From NCBI GenBank assembly GCA_004431415.1, contig QPMI01000522.1, positions 1 through 64,000 of the forward strand: DNA of 64,000 nt, in the 5' to 3' direction. A program made the translations under genes and the position numbers. How positions within the stretch are numbered: the first letter of the stretch is position 1; each line of letters begins with the position of its first letter. Positions 31,070-44,082 of the stretch are shown here, piece after piece. Source of the DNA: Cyanophora paradoxa CCMP329 (lineage: Eukaryota; Plantae; Glaucophyta). The notes beneath the pieces were generated by a model. The model was not told the origin of the DNA, did not search any database, and saw only the letters and a program-made list of their open reading frames with translations.

Positions 31070-31763
31070 GGCGGGGGCGGGGGGGCGGCGGGGGGTGGGT
31101 GAGAGGGGGGGGGAGGGGGGGAGGGGGGGGAGGGAGGGGGTGTGTGTGGCGGTGTCCGCGTACCGCAGCAGCGGGGCGGCGGGGCCGCGGGGGTGGCGAA
31201 GCCCGGCGGGGTGGCGGGGCGGCGTGCGCAGCGACGGGCGCTCCCACTGCGGTAGGGGGGAGAGGGGGTTGGGGATGGGGGGGGGGAGGGGAGGGGGGAG
31301 GGGGGGTGCGGCGGTGTCCGCGTACCGCAGCAGCGGGGCGGCGGGGCCCGGCGGGGGTGGCGGGGCCCGGCGGGGGTGGCGGGGGCGGCGTGCGCTGCGA
31401 GGGGCGCTCCCACTGCGGTAGGGGGGAGAGGGGGTTGGGGATGGGGGTGGGGAGGGGAGGGGGGGAGGGGAGAGGGGGTGTGTGGCGGTGTCCGCGTACC
31501 GCAGCAGCGGGGCGGCGGGCCCGGCGGGGGTGGCGAAGCCCGGCGGGGGTGGCGGGGGCGGCGTGCACAGCGAGGGGCGCTCCCACTGCGGTAGGGAGGA
31601 GAGGGGGTTGGGGATGGGGGGGGGGGGGGGAGGGGAGGGGGGGGGGTGCGGCAGTGTCCGCGTACCGCAGCAAGGGCGGGGCGGCGGGGCCCGGCGGGGG
31701 TGGCGGGGCCCGGCGGGGGTGGCGGGGGCGGCGTGCGCTGCGAGGGGCGCTCCCACTGCGGTA
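31070..31763. repeat. G-rich tandem array of four ~95-bp units with 8-bp terminal inverted repeats, separated by G-tract spacers
   Basis: TACCGCAG...CTGCGGTA at 31161-31254, 31323-31420, 31497-31593 and 31663-31763. Confidence 0.85.
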
Positions 31764-32099
31764 TACCCCGTGTTAGTTCTACGGCCCAGGCCAGGGCCCT
31801 CGCCTACGTGTCAGATGCTCGCGGCGCCGGCTTGCCTGGGTCTGGCCTGTCTCCTCGTGCCAAAAATACTGCGGAAAACGGTCTCGACGCGTACGGGGGC
31901 GTAAAGGTGAAGAGAAGGAAGCGGACCGTTTGCCCGTCGGGGTTCTGGGCCGTGCTCCATCCCGGCGGCAGCTGTGGTGGCGGAGGGGGGCGCGTCGCCC
32001 CGGCCCCCGCCGGCCCCAGGCCCGTTCCGGAGCCCCTTCCTTCGCCCTGCAGCGGCGCTCAACAAGGAGTTTGTGAAGCGGTGCGGCGGGTGTGGCGCA

Positions 32100-33047
32100 G
32101 GCTCGTGATCACCTGCGACGAGTTTGTGGACCGGCTGGCGCCGGCACTGTGATTGACTGGGCTTGGGGCGGTCGTCGCGGCGGCAGCCGCTGCCGGCGCC
32201 GCCGCCGCGGGAGGCTCGCCCTCTATGCGGAATGGCTGCGCCGAGTCGAAGCGCTCGAGAAGTTCCCGCATCGCCGCGTCGCGGTGCAGCCTCTCCCGCA
32301 TGTACTGCACCGCCTGCGTGCGAGGAGGCGTGAAGCGAGGCGAGTGCGGTGCGGCGCGGCGTGGGCGCGGGCCTTGATCATGAGGACGTGCTGCAGGGTC
32401 CAGCGCAGCTCCGCGTCGTGCATCTCGTCGATCCGCGGCAGCGGCGTCTGCGAGTCGACTGCGGCCGCTTCACGATCAGCGGTCGACAAAAGAGCTTAAG
32501 CGGCCGGGGAGCGAGGAGAGGGCACCCTGGGGGAAGTTGGGGACGCGCTCGCGGTCCCATACGATGAGGATGCGGCGCTGGGAGCGGACGGCGGCGGCGA
32601 GCTCCCGCAGAACGAACAGGCTCTCAAAGACATCTGCGGCGCGAGGAGGGCCGGGGCGTCAGATGGCGGACGCCGCGGGATGCAGATGCAGAGGCGCACC
32701 GGGGGTTATGAGGAGGACGAAGCAGCGCGTTTTTCGGATGTTCACATCGAGGTCGTGGATGTCGTCAAGCGTATCTGCGTCGAGGAAGATGCGAATCCCC
32801 GGGCGCATCACCTCAAGCTGCGCGGGCCATGATATATATAATGAGATCGAGCCGGTAATATAATGGACATAATAACCTCGACTTTGATGCGACCGGCGAG
32901 GTCGCTGGCGGTCGTCTGCTTGTGGGAGAGGAAGAGATCGTACTGGTACCGCGGCCGCCTGATACGTCGTTCCTGCAGCGGAGCATTGCAGTACGCGTCG
33001 ATCGGTCGGACTCGATCGCGAGCTTGCGGCCGTTCTAGATCTAGCAT
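32100..33047 (-). CDS. TIR-domain protein, multi-exon
   Basis: YDLFLSHKQTTASDLAGRIK / IRIFLDADTLDDIHDLDVNIRKTRCFVLLITP / DVFESLFVLRELAAA...ILIVWD. Confidence 0.82.
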
Positions 33048-33558
33048 GCAGCTGGCCGCACCTGATCATGAGCTGAGCTCGCTTTGGCGCTGTCGCTGCT
33101 GGAGAAGAAGTCGCCGATCGCCTTGATTAAGACGTCCATCGCAGAGCCGCAGCTGCAGCCAACCGGTTCCGGTCGACTAGTACTTTAGTGCTGCAGCTGC
33201 GGTTCGAGCTCGAGTCAGCGCGCGAGTGCTTACTTGTCAAACCTCGGAAGACGAGAGTCAGCGCGCGAGTGCTTACTTATGCGGGAGACGAGATCAAACC
33301 TCGGAAGAAAGGCTAGCAGCTGCCAGAAGCGGATGAGTTCGGCCCTCGTCAGCACGCGTACGCGTAAACGTCTACGTACGATCGGATCGACGCGTCTTCG
33401 TCACAGAGGCGCAGTGGTTCGCGGTTTGCTCCGATACAGGTGCTGGCTTGCCCGAATGAGCCGTCCCGCGTGTCTGCGTGGCTTGGGAGGACCTGCTCCG
33501 ACCTGGAGGCGAAAAAGGCGGATCGATCTGGGGTACGCAGTTCGGAAAGCGCGGCAAG

Positions 33559-36500
33559 ATGGCCCGCTGGTTCCCAGCAGCAGCGCTGCTGCTGTTGGCC
33601 GCGTTGGCATCGCTAGCACAGGCACATGGCAGCGGCGATGTCGTCGGATGCGGCGGTTTCGTCGAGGCATCCAGCCGGCTCGCGCAGTTGAAAAGCTCTA
33701 CCGACGGCGCTGCGATCGATTTCTCGTCCGTGAAGGTGCGCGTAGCGATCGCGAGGCGCACGCGGGGCGTTCCCTCCGGGGGCGCGCCAAACACGCGCCA
33801 TCGCGCCGGCACCCAGCGGAGGGGCGCTGAACGGCGGCTGTGGCTGTGCGCAGGTGAAGATCGTTACCAATGATGGAGTAGTGAAGTCGAGCACCGAGTG
33901 CTCGCCGTGTGAGCCCCCGCCCGCCCAAGCCGTTGCAGCGCGCCGCGCGCGCGTCCAGCGGCAGACATTGGGCCGCGCTAATCGCGCGACCCGCAGCCGG
34001 ATACTACTTCCTGCCGGTCTACGACAAGGGCCAGTACCTCGTGAAGGTCGAGGGCCCCGATGGCTGGGCATTTGAGGTTCGCGCCACTCGCCCGGCCCGC
34101 CCGCCCGCGCAGCGCGGGGCTGACGCGGCCGGGTCGCCTTGCAGCCCGGCCAGGTCTCGGTCACGATCGGCGACGACAACATGTGCAACGACGGCAAGGA
34201 CATCAACTTCCTTTTCACTGGCTTCACCCTCTCCGGCCGCGTGCGCGCCTCTCTATGTTCCGTGCGGTCTTCGTGCTCTAAACCGCGCGCTACCGTCCAG
34301 GTCACCGGCGTCGGCGAGTGCGCGGCCGGCGCGGGCCCCGCGGGCGTCTCCGTGTCCCTCCACCGTGGCGACCAGCCGCAGGCGCTGGCGACCGCTCAGA
34401 CCGGCGCTGACGGCACCTTCTCGTGCGCTTCCGTCCCGCGACTGTTGCGGCTCGCTCCGCCTTCCTTCTCGCTGATCGATCAATTTCCCGCGGCAGCTTC
34501 TTCAACCTCTTCCCGGACACGTACAAGCTCGCCGCCTCGCACGCGTCCTGGAAGCTCCTGAAGGCTCGCGCCTCTCCCTTCTCTGCGCACCCGCCGCCCG
34601 CACGCGGCGAGCGCGACGCGCAGGACAAGGCGACCGTGACCATGACCTTCGGCAACGCCGAGATCAAGGAGCCTTTCCTCGTCTCCGGCTTCGATGTTTC
34701 GGGCAAGGTCGTCTCCAACAACGAGCCGATGACGGGCGTCGAGGTCTTCCTCTACTCGGACAAGGGCGCCGCCATCGAGGGCTGCGCCGCCCCCTCCTCC
34801 CCCGGCCCCAGTGAGCCCTCGCCTTCCTTCCACGAGCCGCGCTCTTTCTCTGTTCCTGACCGGCCGCGCGCAGTCGCCGGCAAGAAGGCCGTCTGCGTCG
34901 CCAAGTCGGACGCCTCGGGCAAGTACGCGTTCTCCAGGTGCGGCCCCGCGCCCCGCGCCCCGCGTCTCCTTTTGCTTCCCCTCCGACGCCGCCGTTCATC
35001 CGCGCAGCGTCCCCTGCGGCCAGTACTCGGTCGCGGCCCGGTGCGCCCCGCATTCTTCTCCTGTCCCTTCTTTCTTCTTCTCCTGATCCGGCTCGCAGCT
35101 ACTCCTCCGCATACACCAACTTCGAGATCGAGCCTGCGTCGCTCCCGGTCTCCGTCCGCGCAGGCGAGTCCGCTCTCAAGCGTGTTCTCTAGATCTCGTT
35201 CGTTCGCGGGCTGACGGCGCCGGCTCGATCTCGCCGCAGGGAGCGTGCAGGTCGCCAAGCCCTTCTCCGTCGTCGGCTTCTCGATCGGCGGGCGCGTCGT
35301 GCTCAAGGCCGGCGGCGCCGGCGTTGCCGGTGCCTCCGTCCTCGTCGACGGCCAGCAGCGTGCCACGACCGACGCCAACGGGTGCGGCTCGTAGAGTAGA
35401 GGAGCACAAAAGAAATGCGACTGTCGCGGCCTGGCGGCCGGCCCGGCGCGGCGCTGACACGCCCCGCCGCGCAGCGCGTTCATGCTGGAGAAGCTGCAGG
35501 CCGGCTCCTACACCATCGACGCGAAGAAGGAGAACATCGTATTCGCGCCCCTGACCAAGACCCGCGTCGTCCCCAGGTGCCACCAAACCCAAGCTCCGCC
35601 AAATCTAATCCGATCTAATCTAAGCTCCGTTCCTCCGCAGCATGGCGTCGCTCCCCGACGTCGTGGCCTCGGGCTTCTCCGTCTGCGGCCGCCTCGCCAT
35701 CGACAAGGCCCCCTCCGACCTCGGCAGGTGCGCCCGCCCGCGCCGAGCCGAGCAGAGGCCGCCTTAGCTCTAGCTCAGCTTAAGAAGCAAGCTCAAACTA
35801 ACAGAGACGACCGCACAAGCATTCTTATCCGCCGCTGACGCGCCGCGTCGCCCCGCAGCAAGGCGCTGCAGCGGGAGGTCGTCCTCCGCAAGCCCGACGG
35901 CGGCCTCGTCCAGCGGTCCGACCCCGCCCGCCCCGCCCCGCCCCGCCCCCCGCCCGGCCCCGTGCTTCTAGGAGAGGGTTGAGATCTGCACCGCGGGCGA
36001 GTTCTAGCTCCGTCCCGTGATCCTGGGAGAGGGTTTGGAGTCTCGTCGATGGTGGATATTATTAATCTCTGCGCATGGCCGTTCGCTCGCCCGGTCAAAA
36101 TCTGACGATCGCCCCGCCCCGCCCCCCGCCCCGCAGGATGTCGGACGACAAGGGACGCTTCTGCTTCGAGGGCGTCGCCCCCGGCGCCTACGCCGTGTAC
36201 CCCACCATCTCCGCCGCCGAGCGGCAGGCCGGCCTGGCGCTGTACCCCGCCGAGCGCGAGGTCACCGTCGCCGACGCCCCCGTCCTCAACGCCGACTTCT
36301 CCCAGGTCCGAAACCGATTGAACATATTAGAAACGTGTTTTGGGAACCCTTGTTTTCAGTTAGAGTTCACTCATGTTCTCTAGTAGCTTGCGGCCCGTTA
36401 GAGACGGCTCCATTCGCTACGCTCCTAGTTCCCGGCCGCGACTCACTCACTCCGGCCTCGCGCGCAGAGCCGGGTGACGGTCAGCGGCAAGGTCTCCTGC

Positions 36501-39500
36501 ATCGAGAAGCCCTGCGCCGGCGTCTCCGTCACCCTCACCCGCGCCGGCGGCTCCGCCCGCCCCGTCACCGCCCGCCTCGAGGGTCCGCCTCCCTTCCATC
36601 CGCGCGTCCAAACCCCTTCTCCTCGCCTCACCGTTCCCGGCAGGCGACGACTCGTTCAAGTTCGCGGAGGTGCTGCCGGGCACGTACCAGCTCTCGGCCT
36701 CGCAGGACGCGTGGTGCTGGGACAAGCAGGCCCTCACCGTCGAGGTCAGTGCGAACGAATCAGCGGGCAAACACTGGGCGCTTAGTCTTCAGATTAGCGC
36801 GCCGCGCCCGTCCCGGCCCCCTCCCACCAGCTCGCGAGCGAGGGAGCCCTCCCAAGCGAGCCCGGCCGGACCTGATCTACTCTCCCGCGTGCTCCCCGCA
36901 GGTGGGGAACAAGGACGTGGCGGACGTCGCCCTCTCCCAGAAGGGCTACGCCATGTCCCTCTCCATCAGGCGAGCCCGCCCCGCTCCGATTATAATGTTT
37001 GGGAGGCCAGAAGGCGGCTAGAGGGATGGATGGCTGCTTCGATCTAGCCGTCGCCAGCTCCCGATCCTATCTTTCGGTCTAGCAGTCGATCTAGCATCGA
37101 TAACTGCGTCGATCTGTTCCTATCCTGTTTTTGCTGACGGGCGCCCCCATCCCCCGGCAGCCATGACGCCTCGGTGGCGCTCTCGCGGGAGGGCGCCTCG
37201 GACGCCCCGCAGACCCTCCAGCTCAAGCGCGGCCAGAGCCAGCACTGCGTCCCCAGGGCCGGCGCGCCCGCCCCGCCCTCTGCTAGGCTGAGCCGGCCTC
37301 GCTGAGCTGCGCCTCTTCTTCTTTTGCTTTGCAGGCGCGTACAAGCTGGAGCCGCGCGGGTGCTACAAGTTCGACAAGGAGTCGTACCGCTTCGACACGG
37401 CGCGGCCCCGCCTCGTCGAGATGGAGGCGTGTCCCCTTCTCCTTCTCTCCCTACTACTACTACGCATCCGCTGACTGCTCCCCGCTCTTTCTAGGTGTCC
37501 CAGTACCTGCTGACGGGCTCGCTGGTCCCCGCCGGCGGCGCAACGGCCGAGGCCGGCGCCGTGCAGCTCACCTTCAAGTCCTCCCGCGCCCAGTCCGACG
37601 GCAGTGCGCTCGCCCCGCCCTCGCCCCGCCCGTCTAGAGGACTCGGTTAACTATGGCCATCAATCTGCATATCTATCTATCTATCTATCTATCCTATTTG
37701 TGGTTAGCTTTCTATCTATCTATCCATATCTCCGCCCGCGCTCTTGCTTCTTTCGGACACGGCTGACCGCCCCCGCCCTCCGCCCTTCTTCCTTCTGGCT
37801 TTCGGCCGCGGCTGATCGCCCCGCCCCGCAGCCTCGGTGAACGCTGAGGTGGCGGACGGCAAGTACACTTACACCTACTGGGCCTCCCTCGGCGAGACCG
37901 TAGAGGTTCGCCCGCCTTCGTGTACCCCCCGCGCCCCGCGCCCTGCACCCCCTGACGTGCGCACGCGCCCCGCCTCCGCCCTTCGCAGGTCGTGCCCAAG
38001 TCGAAGTCGCTGCTCTTCTACCCCAAGACCCGCACCGCCTCGGTCACCAAGGCGCGCCGCCCTCCGCCCCTCCCATCCGAGCCGCCGAGAGGGCCGCCCC
38101 GCTGATCCACAGGGGCGCAGGCGGAGTGCCAGAAGCCGGTGGAGGCGATCGAGTGCCGCCCCGGCGTCTTCCTCAAGGGCAAGGTCGCCGCCGTCGGTGC
38201 GCCCCGCCGCCCCGCCCCGCCCCGCCCCGCCCCGCTCCGCTGTCCCTCGCCGTGCCGTCTTTCTCCAACGCAATGCACGGCGGCTCTTAAGATGTCACAC
38301 ACATGTCTCTACCTACCTCCCGACGCATCATCTGTCTGACTCCGCCCTTCCCTCGCGGCAGCCGGCGTGGAGATCACGGTGACGAGCGAGACGACTGGCG
38401 ACGTGGTGGCGCGCACGACGACCGACGCGAGCGGCGCCTACGCGGCCGGACCCCTCTACGACGACCAGAAGTACAAGGTGGTGCGTTGCGGGCGGGCGGG
38501 CGGCGGGAGGCTAGGCCCTGGCGGCTGGCTGTTTCCCTTGCTCCTTCCCCCCCCCGCTTTCCCTCTTTCTTGCGCCGCGCGCCGCCGGGGGTGACGATAT
38601 TCTATTTTTGGTCTGTGTTTTTGATGGACCCTGATATCAAACTCCTGTCCTACCCAAGCCCTACTACCCCACCTGCTTTTCCTCTTTCTTGCGCCGCGCC
38701 GCGCCGCGCCGGGGGTGACGATATTCTATTTTTGGTCTGTGTTTTTGATGGACCCTGATATCAAACTCCTGTCCGACCCAAAATTCGCGCGCGTCCCTCA
38801 AGCTTCCCCGCCGGTTCCAACGGACCTTTCCCCCCCGTTCGTTCCTCACGCGTCGGTACCCCCCTCCCCGCAGAGCGCCTTCAAGGACGGGTACGCGATC
38901 GAGGAGGACCCGTCGGCCCCCGGCCGCAACTTCGTCGCCTCCCGCCTCGGCTCCGTCCAGGTGCGAACGAAGTGGGGGGGGTAGAGGCTGGGCCGGGCGC
39001 GGCCGGGGCCTGCATGGGACTTCAGATCGGCCCGGCGCCTGCCTCTCCGTCCCGTGACTCACGGGCGGGGCGGGGCGGCAGGCGACCGTGACGGAGGGCG
39101 GCGAGGGCGTCTCCGGCGTGCTTCTCTCCCTCTCCAGGTCCGCTCAGATCAGATCTGATCTGATCTGATCTGATCTGTGATTCGATCTGACCCGGGCGCT
39201 CAGCCGCGGCTTCCGCTCGAACAACGTGACCCTCGCGGGCGGCCAGCTGACGTTCCTCAACCTCGCCCCGGGGGAGTACTACCTCAAGCCCGCCCTCAAG
39301 GAGTACGTCTTCACGCCCGCCGCCGCCGTGCGTACCCCCGCATCCGCCCCTCCTCCTGCCCGTACCCCTCTGCTCGCCCTTGCTGAACACGCCGCGGAAC
39401 GGAACGAACGCAGACGATCACCGTGGGCCAGGGCGAGGCCAAGACCGCCTCCTTCGCCGCCTCCCGTACCCAGTACAGGTGCCCCCTCCCCCTCGTTTTC

Positions 39501-42500
39501 CCATAGGGTCGGGGGGCGAGGGTACCGCTTTTCCAATTTCCTCTTCCCGCGCGGGGGTGACGATATTTTTATTTTTGGTCTGTGTTTTTGATGGACCCTG
39601 ATATCAAACTCCTGTCCGACCCAAGCCCTACTACCCTCCCGCTTATCTCTCTTTCTTGCGCCGCGCCGCGCCGGGGGTGACGATATTCTATTTTTGGTCT
39701 GTGTTTTTGATGGACCCTGATATCAAACTCCTGTCCGACCCAAGCCCTACTACCCTCCCGCTTATCTCTCTTTCTTGCGCCGCGCCGCGCCGGGGGTGAC
39801 GATATTCTATTTTTGGTCTGTGTTTTTGATGGACCCTGATATTAAACTCCTGTCCGACCCAAGCCCTACTACCCTCCCGCTTATCTCTCTTTCTTGCGCC
39901 GCGCCGCGCCGGGGATGACGATATTCTATTTTTGGTCTGTGTTTTTGATGGACCCTGATATCAAACTCCTGTCCGACCCAAGCCGCACGCCCTTCCCACT
40001 TCGACCCTTTCTCCCCCCCTCTGCTCCCCCTCTTTCCCCTCCGTTTCTGACGCCGGGCGACGCGGCGCAGCGTCTTCGGTGTTGTCCGCTCTCTGAACGG
40101 CGACGCGGAGAAGGCCGTCGCCGTGGAGGCCGTCGGCCCTAAGGTCCGTGTTCCCCCTTAAGGCATAGCGTAGCGTTGCGTTCTGCTTTCGTTTTCCGGT
40201 CGAGAGCCCTCCCTTACGGTCTGGCGGCCGCTGTGCATCGGCCTGCCAAACAACCCAGGGCGGGCATACGGAATCTAGACCCGTTTTCTAAAGGGCTGGG
40301 CGTGTTACCACCGCGCCCCGCTCTTCGCTTGATGGGCACAGCACCTAGCTCCCTCCTCTCGCTATTTAGCCCTCCCTTACGGTCTGGCGGCCGCTGTGCA
40401 TCGGCCTGCCAAACAACCCAGGGCGGGCATACGGAATCTAGACCCGTTTTCTAAAGGGCTGGGCGTGTTACCACCGCGCCCCGCTCTTCGCTTGATGGGC
40501 ACAGCACCTAGCTCCCTCCTCTCGCTATTTAGCCCTCCCTTACGGTCTGGCGGCCGCTGTGCATCGGCCTGCCAAACAACCCAGGGCGGGCATACGGAAT
40601 CTAGACCCGTTTTCTAAAGGGCTGGGCGTGTTACCACCGCGCCCCGCTCTTCGCTTGATGGGCACAGCACCTAGCTCCCTCCTCTCGCTATTTAGCCCTC
40701 CCTTACGGTCTGGCGGCCGCTGTGCATCGGCCTGCCAAACAACCCAGGGCGGGCATACGGAATCTAGACCCGTTTTCTAAAGGGCTGGGCGTGTTACCAC
40801 CGCGCCCCGCTCTTCGCTTGATGGGCACAGCACCTAGCTCCCTCCTCTCGCTATTTAGCCCTCCCTTACGGTCTGGCGGCCGCTGTGCATCGGCCTGCCA
40901 AACAACCCAGGGCGGGCATACGGAATCTAGACCCGTTTTCTAAAGGGCTGGGCGTGTTACCACCGCGCCCCGCTCTTCGCTTGATGGGCACAGCACCTAG
41001 CTCCCTCCTCTCGCTATTTAGCCCTCCCTTACGGTCTGGCGGCCGCTGTGCATCGGCCTGCCAAACAACCCAGGGCGGGCATACGGAATCTAGACCCGTT
41101 TTCTAAAGGGCGGGGCGCGCAGCCTCCGCGCCCCGCTCTTCGCTTGATGGGCACAGCACCACCCCACCTCTCTTTCTCGGCGCTTTCCTCCCCCCATCCC
41201 CACCCAGCGCCCCTGCATGTACCCCCGCCCCATCTCAACCGCCCGCCTCGCCTCACGCAGGGCGAGATCGAGGAGGCGCTGACGGACGCGGAGGGGGCGT
41301 TCCGCGTGCGCGGCCTCGACCCCGGCAAGACCGTGCGCGCCCCCTCCCTTCCGGGGGCTAGCCGGCCGGCCGGCTACGATCCTAAATTACATAGAGAGAT
41401 GCCATAGAGTCCGGCAAGCCTCGGGGCGGCTCTTCGGTCGGGCTTGTCTGTTATCCGGGATTCCATTCCGTTTTCCGCGTTCCGTCCTGGCGCCGGGGGT
41501 GACGATATTCTATTTTTTGGTCTGTGTTTTTGATGGACCCTGATATCAAACTCCTGTCCGACCCAAGCCCTACTACCCCACCTGCTTTTCCTCTTTCTTG
41601 CGCCGCGCCGCGCCGCGCCGGGGGTGACGATATTCTATTTTTGGTCTGTGTTTTTGATGGACCCTGATATTAAACTCCTGTCCGACCCAAGCCCTTCCTT
41701 CCTTCCCCCTTCTCTCTCTTTCTTGGTCTCGTTTCGCGCTGGGGATTATCGGGCGCCCGGACGGCCGCGCTCGCGCGGCCCGTGAGGCGGCGCCTTTCGC
41801 CCCCCAGCAGAGCGGCGCCGGCCGCGGGGATAGTGCGCGCTGGGCTCGCCCCCGCGGGGCCCTCCACCCCGCGGGACCGCGCCCCGGCCCCCCGCCCGCA
41901 CATTCCGATCCTTCCTAACCTAACCCAACCTAACCTTATCTACTCTTCCCCTCCCTTGGAGCCTCACCCTCCCTCCCGCGCAGTACACGGTGCGGGTGCG
42001 GGCGGGGGACGCGAACGCGCGGCTGGAGCGGGCCTCGCCCTCGGGCACCACCGTCACCGTCCCCAAGGTCCGCGGAACCTAATCTCAGTGGCCAGCTTCT
42101 GTACCCGGATCTAGATTTTGGGTCGATTTTAGTCGGGATTCTTTCCCTCTCCCGCGCCGCCGCCTCCCCCCGCGCCCGGCTGACCTGCTGTCTCTTCCCC
42201 GCAGGAGGGCGGTGACTCGCGGGGCCTCGAGTTCGTCGCCTTCCGCCGCATCAACAAGGCGCGCCCCCTCCCCCCCTCCCCCCCCCCCCCCTCCCCCCCC
42301 CCCTCTCTTTCGCTGAGGCCCGCCCCGCGCCCGCGCAGTTCGACCTGACGGGGGTGGTGGAGGCGGATCCCGCGCTCCTCCCCACCCTCACCGCCGAGGT
42401 CCGCGATACGCGTACCCCCGCCCCTCCCCTCTCTTCTCTCTCTAGACGCTCCACAGCTAGACGCCAGAGCGCCTGACCACAGCTAGACGCCAGAGCGCCT

Positions 42501-43509
42501 GACCTATAGCGCGTACCGTGCTCGCTCCACAGCTAGACGCCAGAGCGCTCTCTTTCTCGAGGCCGCTGTCGACTTGTTAGATGCCAGAGCGCCCGCCCGC
42601 CCTGCCGGCGCCCTCCTCGCCCCCGCCTGACCTCGCCTCCTCGCTCAGGTGGCGTCGGAGTCGTCGCCCGAGGTGGCGCTGAAGCAGCACCCGATGGGCC
42701 TCTCCTCCTTCTTCGAGTTCTCCTCCCTCCCCAAGGTCAGGCAGAGCCGGCCGGGGCGGGGCAGGGCGAGCCGGGCGGGAAAGGGCGGGGCAGCGCAGGG
42801 TGGGCGGCGGGCCAGAGATCTAGATGACGCGCCCCTCGCTCGCTTTCATGTGACCGCCTCACGTCGGCCCCCCGCAGGACCGGTTCGTGGTGCGGGTGCG
42901 CTCGACGCTCTCGACGCGCCAGTTCGACGTGCGCTCGACCGAGGCCCTCGCCACGCTCGGCGGCGAGCACGGCAGGTGAGGGAGGCGGAGGAAGATAGGC
43001 GAAGATGGGGGGCCGGGCTGACGACGGGCCGGCGCAGCGCGCACGTGCGGGTGCAGTTCGAGGCCAAGCCCAAGGCCGTCTCCCAGGTGCGAGCCGGCCA
43101 GCCGGCCAGCTTGTCGCTAGCCTGCCAGCTAGCTTGTTGCTGGCTTGCTAGCTTGCCCATCTCGCCCCCTCGCTCGCGCTCGGTCTGAGGCGGGGGCGCG
43201 CGCAGGACGTGGCGAACGCCTCCTTCCTCTCCCTCTTCTTCTTCGCCGCCGTCGCCGCCGCCGCCTTCTACCGCGAGCAGGTGACGATTTGATTTGGTGA
43301 CGATTTGATCTGATCTGATCTGAGCTGATCGTGCCCCCCAGTCGGAGCGGCTGGCGAAGACGGTGCTCTCGGCGGTGGGCGTGGGCCCGGCGGAGCGGGC
43401 GGGGGCTGCGGGGCGGCGGACGCCCATCCCGGGCTCCAAGCTGCAGCTGCAGGCGATGGGCCACAGCTTCGAGTCGAAGAACGACTCGAAGAAGGGCAAG
43501 GCGTCCTAG
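33559..43509 (+). CDS. NOMO1: Nodal modulator (NOMO) homolog, ER type I membrane protein, many short introns
   Basis: Signal peptide, VVGCGGFVE, GYYFLPVYDKGQYLVKVEGPDGWAFE, DINFLFTGF, GPLYDD, FLNLAPGEYYLKPALKEYVFTP and a C-terminal TM segment. Confidence 0.92.
38587..41693 (+). repeat. Dispersed ~120-bp intronic repeat, 8 copies in three NOMO introns
   Basis: GGGGTGACGATATTCTATTTTTGGTCTGTGTTTTTGATGGACCCTGATATCAAACTCCTGTCCGACCCAA at about 38587, 38711, 39553, 39673, 39792, 39911, 41495 and 41620. Confidence 0.9.
40205..41160. repeat. 163-bp tandem repeat, ~5.9 near-identical copies, intronic
   Basis: Identical spurious ORFs recur at 40396, 40559, 40722, 40885 and 41048 (step 163). Confidence 0.95.
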
Positions 43510-44082
43510 CCGTACCCCCGTAGTCGCTCCCTACCCCCTCCCCCGCCCCCTTTTTTCACTAGGCTAGGCCCTCTCCCCCTTCCCCCATCGGTGTTGTACT
43601 GTAGGCCCCGTGTTCGCTAGTGCAGCGGGCGGGTCCGGCGCTCCGGCTGGCGACGGCGGGGGCGAGGGGGTGGCGAGGGGGCCTGCGGGGCGCCGGGCGT
43701 GCTACGCGGCTCTCTGGAGTGCTCTGCCGATGTCGACGGAAGGAGGCTGGAGGCTGCCTAGATTCGATGATCGTGACCAGGTCTCACTGTCAGGGCCTAG
43801 CTATCATGATCAGCTGCAGCTAAGCTGTTAGAAATTGCAAGTTGACTCACTGAGTCAATGGCGCAGGCTGGCGCGCCGGCTTCGACTCGGCGGCGGCGGC
43901 GATCTGAGGGCGGGTCCAGTGGGGGATCCGGAGCTCGAGGAGAGGCCTACTAGGCTAGGCCTAGGGGGGAAACGCGATCCGGAGAGGGGCCCGGGGACTC
44001 CGAGAGAGTCAGCGGGGAATTTCCGAAATCGGGGGGGAAATCGATATCGAGATCTAGGAGAGCGCGATTCGACGAATCAAGG

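Noticed and set aside
40176-41407. Repeated 73-aa ORFs MHRPAKQPRAG, or a CRISPR array
   Set aside because: By-product of a 163-bp tandem repeat with no unique spacers, inside a NOMO intron.
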